From assembly GCA_013285985.1 (NCBI GenBank), contig JABDGR010000001.1:67-64066 (forward strand): a stretch of 64,000 nucleotides of DNA, in the 5' to 3' direction. Every line of letters begins with the position of its first letter. Position 1 is the stretch's first letter. Of the stretch, positions 56,131 to 64,000 are shown piece after piece. The DNA is from Verrucomicrobiota bacterium. Lineage in GTDB: Bacteria > Verrucomicrobiota > Verrucomicrobiia > Opitutales > JABDGR01. The notes below the pieces were generated by a model. It saw only the letters and a program-made list of their open reading frames with translations. It was not told where the DNA came from and did not search any database. The position numbers were made by a program, and so were the translations under genes.

Positions 56131-57420
56131 ATGACCTCCGATAGCGACTTGTTGCGCCAATACGCCGACCACGGCGACGAGGCCGCGTTTGCGGAGGTCG
56201 TGCGGCGGCAGGCCGACCTGGTCTATTCCGTCGCTCTGCGCGTGACGGCCAATTCCGCGCTGGCCGAGGAGGTGACGCAAACGGTCTTCACCCTGCTCGC
56301 GCGGCGGGCCAAAGCACTTTGCCATTACGACACGCTGGTGGGCTGGCTGCACACCACGGCGCGCAACACCGCCATCAATGCCGTACGGGGCGAGTCCCGC
56401 CGCCGCGCGCGCGAACAGGAGGCCGTCATCATGCAAGACTCACCCATCATGCCCGAAGCCAATTGGGCGGAAATCGGCCCGCTCCTCGACGAAGCCGTGG
56501 GCACGCTCTCCGAGCAGGACAGCAAAGCCGTCCTACTGCGTTTTTTTAAAAACCAGAGCCACCAGGAAGTCGGCGCGGCGCTGGGCCTGAGCGAAGACAC
56601 CGCGCGCAAACGCGTGGAACGGGCGTTGGAGAAACTGCGGAGCCATTTTGCCTCACGCGGCGTCACCGCATCATCTGCGCTGCTCGCCGCCAGCCTGACC
56701 GCGAACTCCGTGCAAGCTGCGCCGGTGGGATTGGCGGAAAAAATTGCCCCCATCTCGCTGGCCGGAATCGGCGGCGCGGGCGCGGGCAGCGCATTTTTAC
56801 TCGCACTAATCATGAGCACAAAAACCAAAACCATCCTCGCCATCGTTGTTGTCCTGGCCATCGCCGCCACTCTCGCCGTCAAATTGGGCGGTTCGGGCGC
56901 AGCACCCGCAACCGCCAGTTCAACGCCATCCACTCCCACTCCAGTCGCCGCCAGCCTGCCCAAGGCATCGACATCTGCGCCGCAGGTGGCCACGCCGACG
57001 ATGGCACCCCTGCCTGCGCATGGCGCAGTTTCCGCCGACACCGGACTCACGGCAACGGCAAGCACAGTCCCGGCGAACGCGGATTTGAAAACCGATGTGC
57101 CGACGCTTATCCACCTGCTGGAGATTGATGATTTTAATGACCTGATAGACTACATCATACCGCCGGAGGAATTGCAGCATGACCTGCAGGCGCAAACCCG
57201 GGAGGTTTTTGCGAATAAACTTCGTGAGGAATTGGGCGCCCATGGCGGTGCCGCGATGCTGCTTGATGCCCTGCACTCAATTGATGGCCAGGAGCCGGTG
57301 CTAAATGACACTGGAGATGTCGCCACATTCAGGCTGGGACCGGCCACCATTGCCACCGCGGCCGGCCACGATGAAATCAAGTTCAAGAAAATGAACGGGT
57401 TGTGGTACGGCCCACAATGA
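56131..57420 (+). CDS. ECF sigma factor with TM helix and extracytoplasmic C-terminal domain (sigma A)
   Basis: DxxLLxxY...DEAAFAEVVRR...LVYSVA...GWLHTTARNTAIN (sigma2); LRFF...EVG..LGLSEDTARKRVERALEKLR (sigma4); TM; KMNGLWY. Confidence 0.93.
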   Translation: MTSDSDLLRQYADHGDEAAFAEVVRRQADLVYSVALRVTANSALAEEVTQTVFTLLARRAKALCHYDTLVGWLHTTARNTAINAVRGESRRRAREQEAVIMQDSPIMPEANWAEIGPLLDEAVGTLSEQDSKAVLLRFFKNQSHQEVGAALGLSEDTARKRVERALEKLRSHFASRGVTASSALLAASLTANSVQAAPVGLAEKIAPISLAGIGGAGAGSAFLLALIMSTKTKTILAIVVVLAIAATLAVKLGGSGAAPATASSTPSTPTPVAASLPKASTSAPQVATPTMAPLPAHGAVSADTGLTATASTVPANADLKTDVPTLIHLLEIDDFNDLIDYIIPPEELQHDLQAQTREVFANKLREELGAHGGAAMLLDALHSIDGQEPVLNDTGDVATFRLGPATIATAAGHDEIKFKKMNGLWYGPQ

Positions 57421-57440
57421 ACTGGGCGACGGCGCTTTTT

Positions 57441-57483
57441 TGTCAGACTTTCGGGCGGGCGGGTGCTATAAGGTAAAGCACCC
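57441..57483 (+). promoter_or_regulatory. Putative ECF promoter TGTCAG-N17-TGCTATA with hairpin GGGTGCT/AGCACCC
   Basis: Same architecture as the other four. Confidence 0.65.
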
Positions 57484-57485
57484 TT

Positions 57486-58838
57486 ATGACCCCCGATGGT
57501 GAATTATTGCGGCAGTATGCCGTGGAAGGCTCCGAGGCCGCCTTTGCGGAACTCGTGCGCCGCCACGTGGACCTGGTTTATTCCGTCGCGCTGCGGCAGG
57601 CGGCGGGAGACTCCGCGCTGGCGCAGGATGCTACGCAGTTGGTGTTTATCGACCTCGCCCGCAAGGCCCGCGTGCTAAGCGGGCGGGCCACGCTCTCCGG
57701 CTGGCTGCACACCAGCGCGCGCTTTGCCGCCAGCAAAGCCATCCGCGGCGAACAACGCCGGCGGGCCCGCGAACAGGAGTCCCTCACCATGAATGAAAAC
57801 CCCGCCGCCGAAATAAATTGGGAACAGTTGCGCCCGTTGCTCGACGAGAGCGTGGGCCAGCTCAAGGAAGCCGACCGCGACGCCATCGTGTTGCGATTTT
57901 TTCAGGGCAAAAACCACCAAGAAATCGGCGCCATCCTCGGCCTCAGCGAAAATTCGGCGAATAAACGCATTGAGCGCGCGCTGGAAAAGCTGCGCGAATA
58001 TTTTGCTTCGCGCGGGGTGAAAGCCTCTTCCGCTTTGCTGGCGGCCGCCATCAGCGCGAATTCCGTGCAAGCCGCGCCGGCGGGATTGGCGGAAAAAATT
58101 ACCCCGGTTTCGTTGGCCGGGATAGGTGGCGCGAGTCTCGGCAGCGGGCTTTTCCTGGCACTTCTTATGAACACCAAAATCAAAGTAATTCTCGGCGCGG
58201 CCATTGTTTTGGCCTTGGCCCTCATGATCAAATTGAGCTGGCACCTGCCCGCCAACACGGCGATTTCGGACCCACCGCCCGTGGCGGCGGCGTCATCGGC
58301 AAAAGTGGAGGCCCCGGCCGCGCAGGCGGTAAAAATTGCCGCTGCCCCGACTGCCGACGGTCAGCCGGCGACCGCTCGACCGGCAGACGCGCCGGGTGCA
58401 ACCCCGGCAGAAATTGCCGCAACGGAGGACACACCCCCGCCGCCGAACGTGAATCCACAGGCCGACGTGCAGACGCTCCTGCCCGCCCTGATCAAGGTTC
58501 TGCAGGCTGGAGACTATGTCGGCCTCGTCAATTATATCGTGTCACCCGATGAATTGAAACAGATGATCGCCAGCGGCCAAATCGCCTCCAAGGAAGAGTT
58601 GGCGCAACAACTCCACGATGCCGCCGATCAATCGGGCGGAGCCGCGTTTGCCGTGCAGGGCCTGCAGGTTGTCATGGCTTCACTCGCGAATCCATCCATC
58701 CCCGTTCCCGGGGCCACCCCTTACACGGTGAATGCCACGGAAGACCGTATCGCGTATTCATTCCAAACGCAGCTGGGTCCAAGGGACATCGTTTTTTCCA
58801 AAAAGAATGGCCTTTGGTATGCTTTTCAAAAGAATTGA
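57486..58838 (+). CDS. ECF sigma factor with TM and extracytoplasmic domain (sigma B)
   Basis: GWLHTSARFAASK; GLSENSANKRIERALEKLR; TM; KKNGLWY. Confidence 0.93.
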   Translation: MTPDGELLRQYAVEGSEAAFAELVRRHVDLVYSVALRQAAGDSALAQDATQLVFIDLARKARVLSGRATLSGWLHTSARFAASKAIRGEQRRRAREQESLTMNENPAAEINWEQLRPLLDESVGQLKEADRDAIVLRFFQGKNHQEIGAILGLSENSANKRIERALEKLREYFASRGVKASSALLAAAISANSVQAAPAGLAEKITPVSLAGIGGASLGSGLFLALLMNTKIKVILGAAIVLALALMIKLSWHLPANTAISDPPPVAAASSAKVEAPAAQAVKIAAAPTADGQPATARPADAPGATPAEIAATEDTPPPPNVNPQADVQTLLPALIKVLQAGDYVGLVNYIVSPDELKQMIASGQIASKEELAQQLHDAADQSGGAAFAVQGLQVVMASLANPSIPVPGATPYTVNATEDRIAYSFQTQLGPRDIVFSKKNGLWYAFQKN

Positions 58839-58873
58839 AGCACAGAATTACTGGACGGGTAACGTAAGATTTT

Positions 58874-58917
58874 TGTCAGGTTCTTTGGGTAGGCGGTGTA
58901 TAGTTTATAAAACCGCC
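58874..58917 (+). promoter_or_regulatory. Putative ECF promoter TGTCAG-N17-TGTATA with hairpin GGCGGT/ACCGCC
   Basis: Same architecture as the other four. Confidence 0.7.
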
Positions 58918-58924
58918 CTGCCGG

Positions 58925-60274
58925 ATGACCCCCGATTGCGAATTACTGCGCCAATACGCCGAACGTGGTGACCAAGCCGCGTTTGCGGATTTGGTGCGCC
59001 GGCATACGGATTTGGTTTACTCCATCGCGGTGCGGGTGGCGGGCGACCCGCAACTGGCCGAGGATGCGACCCAAGTTGTTTTTACCAAGCTGGCCCGGCA
59101 GGCGCGGGCGTTGCTGGGCTACCCCACCCTCGTCGGCTGGCTGCACACGACAACCCGCTATTCCGCCATCAACCTCATCCGCGGTGAAGAACGCCGCCGC
59201 ACCCGCGAACAGGAGGCCGCCGCCATGCACCATGATTCATCCCTGCCGGACACGAATTGGAAAGAAATCCGCCCGCTGCTCGACGAAGCCGTGGGCCGGC
59301 TTGGCGAACAGGACCGCCAGGCGGTGTTGCTGCGCTATTTCAACGGCCTGAGCCATCAGGAAGTCGGCGCGACATTGGGCTTGAGTGAAAACTCGGCGAA
59401 CAAGCGCGTGGAGCGGGCGCTGGAAAAGCTGCGCGGGTATTTTGCTTCGCGCGGGGTGAAAGCTTCCTCGGCTTTGCTCGCGGCGAGCATCACCGTGAAT
59501 TCCGTGCAGGCTGCTCCGGTGGGGCTGGCGGAGAAAGTTACTCCGGCTTCGCTGGCGGGGGTTGGCACTACGGGCGCCGCCAGCGCATTTTTACTCGCCT
59601 TAATTATGAACACCAAAACCAAAGCCACCCTAGCCATCGCCGTTGTCATTGTCTGTGTCGCCCTTTGGTGGTTCGGGCGACCAACAACAGATACTCTGAA
59701 AAAAGCCGCTCTAGAGACGACGTCAGTCAAAAAAATCACCGCGTCGTCAGTATCGCAGGTCGAAACGCCAAAACCATCTCCAGCGACATCCAAGTCCGAA
59801 ACAGCCACATCTCTGTCCGAGCCCGCCGATCCCCAAGCCGATTTGAAAACCGCCATCGCCGATATGGCGCGTTTACTCCGAACCGGTGACCAAGCGGCTC
59901 TTATGAAGGCCTACGACGAGCCGGACAAATTGAATTTGGAACAAGTAAGACAAATGCAGGATCTCCAGGATCAGGTGCAGCAAACAACCCCATGGCAAGT
60001 CGCCCCGCGCATGCAGTCCCTGCGCGAAACATCGGCGCAATCTTACGAGGAAATGGAAACGCAGACACCGACCTTCAACGCCACTGGCGACGAAGCCACT
60101 TACCAGTTGATTCTGCCGACATTGGTTAATGGAGAATACGTGCTAGGCGACAAACGAACCCCCTATACCTTTATCAAAATCAACGGCAAGTGGTATATGA
60201 AGTTAGAGTATTTCAACGGGCCACCGTCCCCACCACCGCCGTCTTTGTTGCCGACTAATCGAGGCGGGAATTAA
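58925..60274 (+). CDS. ECF sigma factor with TM and extracytoplasmic domain (sigma C)
   Basis: GWLHTTTRYSAIN; GLSENSANKRVERALEKLR; TM; FIKINGKWY. Confidence 0.93.
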   Translation: MTPDCELLRQYAERGDQAAFADLVRRHTDLVYSIAVRVAGDPQLAEDATQVVFTKLARQARALLGYPTLVGWLHTTTRYSAINLIRGEERRRTREQEAAAMHHDSSLPDTNWKEIRPLLDEAVGRLGEQDRQAVLLRYFNGLSHQEVGATLGLSENSANKRVERALEKLRGYFASRGVKASSALLAASITVNSVQAAPVGLAEKVTPASLAGVGTTGAASAFLLALIMNTKTKATLAIAVVIVCVALWWFGRPTTDTLKKAALETTSVKKITASSVSQVETPKPSPATSKSETATSLSEPADPQADLKTAIADMARLLRTGDQAALMKAYDEPDKLNLEQVRQMQDLQDQVQQTTPWQVAPRMQSLRETSAQSYEEMETQTPTFNATGDEATYQLILPTLVNGEYVLGDKRTPYTFIKINGKWYMKLEYFNGPPSPPPPSLLPTNRGGN

Positions 60275-60329
60275 ATTCTGTTGCGGGCAAAGGCACCGGC
60301 TGGATCCCCCTGGCATGAGTTGATTATTT

Positions 60330-60376
60330 TGTCCGGTTTTCGAGCGGGTGTCGTATAATGGGTAAATAGACCCCGC
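60330..60376 (+). promoter_or_regulatory. Putative ECF promoter TGTCCG-N16-CGTATA with hairpin GCGGG(T)GTC/GACCCCGC
   Basis: Same architecture as the other four. Confidence 0.7.
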
Positions 60377-60378
60377 CC

Positions 60379-61638
60379 ATGCCCTCCGACAGCGAACTCC
60401 TGCGCCAATTTGCGGACAGACGCGACGAAACTGCGTTTGCCGAAGTCGTGCGCCGCCACGCCGACCTGGTTTACTCCGTCGCCCTGCGGGTGGTGCGGAA
60501 TGACGCCATTGCGCAGGATGTCACGCAAACCGTCTTTACCAAACTCGCGGGACGGGCGGGAGTGCTTTACCGCTACGATACCATTATCGGCTGGCTGCAC
60601 ACGGCCGCGCGCCATGCGGCCATCGACACCATCCGCAGTGAAGAACGCCGCCGCGCACGCGAACAAGAGGCCGCCATCATGCAAAACATCCCAACCATGC
60701 CGGAAGCAAATTGGGCGGAAATCGGCCCACTGCTCGACGAAGCCGTGGGCACGCTCTCCGCGCAGGACAGCAAGGCCGTCCTGCTGCGTTTTTTCAAAAA
60801 CCAGAGCCACCAGGAAGTTGGCGCGGCACTGGGCCTGAGCGAAGACACCGCGCGCAAGCGTGTGGAACGGGCTCTGGAAAAGCTGCGCAGCCATTTCGCT
60901 TCACGAGGAGTAAGAACCTCTTCTGCGTTGCTCGCGGCTGCGATGAGCGCGAACTCTGTCCAGGCCGCGCCAGTGGGGCTGGCGGAGAAAGTCACCCCGG
61001 CGTCGCTGGCGGGAGCGGGCGGAACTGCGGGTGGTATTTTTCTGAAAATTCTCTTTATGAGCACCAAAGTCAAAATCCTCGCCGCCGCCGCGGTCATCGT
61101 GGCGATTGCGGTTACCCTCAGCATAAACTGGCCGCAAACGGCCCCGCAACCCGGCGCGAGCACACCGGGCGCGACTGTTGTCCAACCGACGGCCGGACCT
61201 GCGCCAATCAAGCCACCGAATCAATTGCCGGCGGCAAAGCCGGTTGCCGCGGCCGCAATTTCGCCAACGGCCAATAACACCCCGGCATTCATCGCCGGGC
61301 CGCAAGTGGATTTGAAAACGGCTATCGCGACAGGCATCCATTTTCTCGATGCCAACGACACCCTGAGTTTCTTTAAAACCCTGATGCCGCCGGAGGCGAT
61401 TGCCGGCGAAGGGAAAGGAAGCACGGTGGAAGAATTCGTCGCCCAAATTAGCCAGGACCCGCGCACCGAGAAGAAAATTTCCTCGATGCAGGACGCAATG
61501 AAGGCGATTGCAGACCAGACCCCCCAGTTAAATGGCGACGGCACCCGCGCGACTTACCCCCTCGACCCGCCCGTCGGCGGGCACAAGGCGGTGATATTTA
61601 ACAAAGTGGACGGTTTTTGGTATCTGGACGGAATGTAA
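60379..61638 (+). CDS. ECF sigma factor with TM and extracytoplasmic domain (sigma D)
   Basis: GWLHTAARHAAIDTIR; GLSEDTARKRVERALEKLR; TM; KVDGFWY. Confidence 0.93.
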   Translation: MPSDSELLRQFADRRDETAFAEVVRRHADLVYSVALRVVRNDAIAQDVTQTVFTKLAGRAGVLYRYDTIIGWLHTAARHAAIDTIRSEERRRAREQEAAIMQNIPTMPEANWAEIGPLLDEAVGTLSAQDSKAVLLRFFKNQSHQEVGAALGLSEDTARKRVERALEKLRSHFASRGVRTSSALLAAAMSANSVQAAPVGLAEKVTPASLAGAGGTAGGIFLKILFMSTKVKILAAAAVIVAIAVTLSINWPQTAPQPGASTPGATVVQPTAGPAPIKPPNQLPAAKPVAAAAISPTANNTPAFIAGPQVDLKTAIATGIHFLDANDTLSFFKTLMPPEAIAGEGKGSTVEEFVAQISQDPRTEKKISSMQDAMKAIADQTPQLNGDGTRATYPLDPPVGGHKAVIFNKVDGFWYLDGM

Positions 61639-61649
61639 TTGAAAAAGTA

Positions 61650-61693
61650 TGTCAGAAAGCGGCGCGGGTGTCGTATAATGGTAAAGACACCCG
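61650..61693 (+). promoter_or_regulatory. Putative ECF promoter TGTCAG-N16-CGTATA with hairpin CGGGTGTC/GACACCCG
   Basis: Same architecture as the other four; 3' arm abuts the ATG. Confidence 0.7.
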
Positions 61694-62959
61694 ATGACGA
61701 CCGACTGCGAATTGCTGCGTCGCTATGCCGAGCAGGGCGACGAAGCCGCCTTTGCCGAGGTGGTGCGCCGCCAGACGAACCTGGTCTATTCCGTGGCGTT
61801 GCGCGTGAGCCGGAGCACGCAGATTGCCGAGGATGTCACCCAGGGTGTTTTTACGAAACTGGCGCAGCAGGCGCGGCTGATTTGCCGCTACGACAGCCCC
61901 GCCGGCTGGCTGCACACCACGGCGCGGCACCGCGCCATTGATGCGATTCGCGGCGAGGAACGCCGCCGCGCGCGCGAACAGGAGGCCGTCACCATGCAAA
62001 ATGACCCCATGACCCCGACGGCCAATTGGGCGGAAATCGCCCCGCTGCTCGATGAGGCGGTTGAGCGACTCGGCGAACGGGACCGCCAGGCAGTCTTGTT
62101 GCGTTATTTTAACGGGCTGAGCCATCAAGAAGTCGGCGCGACGCTGGGCCTCAGCGAAAACTCGGCGAACAAGCGCATCGAACGCGCGCTGGAAAAACTG
62201 CGCGGGTATTTTGCTTCGCGCGGGGTGAAAGCTTCCTCCGCTTTGCTCGCGGCGAGCATTACCGCGAATTCCGTGCAGGCCGCGCCGGTGGGACTGGCGG
62301 AAAAAATTGCTCCGGCGTCGCTGGCCGGAGCGGGTGGCACCCTGGCCGGAGGAGCATCGCTGGCCGCGCTTTTTGCATTTTCTATGAACACCAAAACTAA
62401 AGCCGTCCTCGCCGTCGCTATCTTCATTCTGCTGGCCCTGTCGCTGGCGATTAAACTGCAAAGTTCAAATGAGCAGCCGCCAGCCACGGTTGCGACCGCC
62501 CTCCCGCCGACCAAAACCATGGCGCTACCCATCGCCAAAGTCCCGGCCCAGGTGGTCGCGCCAACGGCCAAGCCCGCACCGGTGAGGAGCCCAACGGTTG
62601 AGCCTCCGCCAACCGCGGCAGCGGCCATAGCTGATCCGCGGGTTGAAGTTGGCACGGCGATGAATGACTTTGTGCGCCTGATGGAGATGGGCGACTATGC
62701 CAACGCCGCCGACAATTACATGCAATTGCCCCCAAACGTGTCTGGCCAACAATTGATGGAAATGATGCAACAAAACCCCGATTTTCCAAACACCGTGAAA
62801 ATGCTGATTGAGGCCACCAAAGCCGCCCAGACGGAGACGCCGGAATATAACGAGACCGGCGACCTGGCCACTTACAAGCTCACGCAACCCACGGATAACA
62901 AAACCATGGTGCGTTGGAAAAAAGTCAATGGCATGTGGCGGGTGGACGCTTTCGAGTGA
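61694..62959 (+). CDS. ECF sigma factor with TM and extracytoplasmic domain (sigma E)
   Basis: GWLHTTARHRAIDAIR; GLSENSANKRIERALEKLR; TM; KKVNGMW. Confidence 0.93.
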   Translation: MTTDCELLRRYAEQGDEAAFAEVVRRQTNLVYSVALRVSRSTQIAEDVTQGVFTKLAQQARLICRYDSPAGWLHTTARHRAIDAIRGEERRRAREQEAVTMQNDPMTPTANWAEIAPLLDEAVERLGERDRQAVLLRYFNGLSHQEVGATLGLSENSANKRIERALEKLRGYFASRGVKASSALLAASITANSVQAAPVGLAEKIAPASLAGAGGTLAGGASLAALFAFSMNTKTKAVLAVAIFILLALSLAIKLQSSNEQPPATVATALPPTKTMALPIAKVPAQVVAPTAKPAPVRSPTVEPPPTAAAAIADPRVEVGTAMNDFVRLMEMGDYANAADNYMQLPPNVSGQQLMEMMQQNPDFPNTVKMLIEATKAAQTETPEYNETGDLATYKLTQPTDNKTMVRWKKVNGMWRVDAFE

Positions 62960-63116
62960 TAATGGAACGTCAAACAACTCTTATCCGTTCTGCAATATAG
63001 GGTTGGAGCCTATATGCTTAAGGAATTAAATTTGTTTGTTTAGCAACGACTTATAAAATTTTCCTCGACGGGCGCGCTTATTTATGGTTTGTTGGGTAAC
63101 GAACCAAAGATAAGCC

Positions 63117-63770
63117 GTGACCAAGAAACCCAAAATAAAAGGCACCAAGGCCGAAGTGCCGGGGAACCTGCACCCGCACTTCGACAAGATGCTGCCGCGT
63201 GCCGAGAAAGAGGCGCGGCTGGGGCAGCGCGGGGTGGTCTGTTGGTTGTTTGGCTTATCCGGTTCGGGCAAAAGCACACTGGCGTTGGGCTTGGAGCGCA
63301 AGTTGTTCGAAGAAGGCCGGATAGTACAGGTACTGGATGGCGACAACATCCGCACGGGGCTGAACCGCGACCTGGGGTTTGGCGAAGTGGCCCGGCGCGA
63401 GAACATCCGGCGCGTGGCGGAAACGGCGAAGCTCTTCGCACAGGCGGGGGTCATCGTGGTGGCGTCGTTCATCACGCCGCGGGAAGGCCTGCGGCAACTG
63501 GCGCGCGAAATCATCGGTGAGAAGGATTTTTACAATGTTTACGTGAAGGCCTCATTCACCACCTGCGCAGCGCGCGACCCGAAGGGGCTTTATAAAAAGG
63601 CCGCAACCGGGGAGGTCACGCAATTCACGGGCCACGACCAGGAATTTGAGGACCCGCTGGCGCTGCCGGCGAACCTGGTGATCGACACGGAGAAGCTGAA
63701 TTATGAGGCAAGCCTGGAAAAACTGCACGCGGCGCTGCGGTCCCACTACAAACTGAAAAACAAGCACTAG
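63117..63770 (+). CDS. cysC: Adenylyl-sulfate kinase
   Basis: [32 protein letters not shown]. Confidence 0.96.
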   Translation: MTKKPKIKGTKAEVPGNLHPHFDKMLPRAEKEARLGQRGVVCWLFGLSGSGKSTLALGLERKLFEEGRIVQVLDGDNIRTGLNRDLGFGEVARRENIRRVAETAKLFAQAGVIVVASFITPREGLRQLAREIIGEKDFYNVYVKASFTTCAARDPKGLYKKAATGEVTQFTGHDQEFEDPLALPANLVIDTEKLNYEASLEKLHAALRSHYKLKNKH

Positions 63771-63780
63771 AGTCTTTGCC

Positions 63781-64000
63781 ATGCCTTCCTACCTGGTCAA
63801 CCACCTCGCGCAGCTCGAGGCCGAAGCCGTATTTGTCCTCCGCGAGACCGCCGCCCAATTCCAGCGCCCGGTGCTGCTTTTTTCCGGCGGCAAAGACTCG
63901 ATCGTGATGGCGTGGCTGGCGCGCAAGGCGTTCTGGCCCGCGCGGCTGCCCTTCCCGCTCGTGCATATTGACACGGGGCATAATTTTCCGGAGACGATTA
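63781..64000 (+). CDS. cysD: Sulfate adenylyltransferase subunit 2 (5' part, runs off window)
   Basis: [22 protein letters not shown]...[11 protein letters not shown]...[15 protein letters not shown]. Confidence 0.95.
   Translation, partial: MPSYLVNHLAQLEAEAVFVLRETAAQFQRPVLLFSGGKDSIVMAWLARKAFWPARLPFPLVHIDTGHNFPETI

Noticed and set aside
54147..62959. Diversity-generating retroelement or shufflon acting on the variable C-terminal domains
   Set aside because: No reverse transcriptase or recombinase in the window, no near-identical TR/VR pair with adenine-specific differences, and all genes are co-oriented

Overview
GC-rich bacterial DNA. The gene content (TIGR03790, DUF5069, beta-helix repeat proteins with a Verrucomicrobia-type C-terminal domain, many extended ECF sigmas) suggests Verrucomicrobiota, probably Opitutae; this is an inference. 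Bases 1-19800 are one minus-strand ORF of more than 6600 aa that runs off the window and is missing from the ORF track. It is a beta-helix repeat surface protein with five copies of a grafted ~110-aa domain, one nested inside another. Next come a PA0069-type radical SAM gene, a second ~1850-aa beta-helix protein and housekeeping genes (eno, S46 peptidase, RNase R, MFS, aguA, aminotransferase, pyrG, ftsK, folC, cysC, cysD). These are interspersed with REP-like palindromes, a low-GC Fic/ClpP-like pair and a 3004-bp islet bounded by a synonymously recoded copy of a host gene 3' end. The most interesting system is at 54147-62959: five tandem membrane-anchored ECF sigma factors fused to a variable extracytoplasmic domain, with six sigma-less paralogues of that domain in the window. 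Each sigma has its own putative promoter. The -35 and -10 variants co-vary with that sigma's region-4.2 and region-2.4 residues, giving five distinct combinations. Each -10 sits in a compensatorily conserved hairpin ending next to the ATG, which could insulate the gene from read-through translation.
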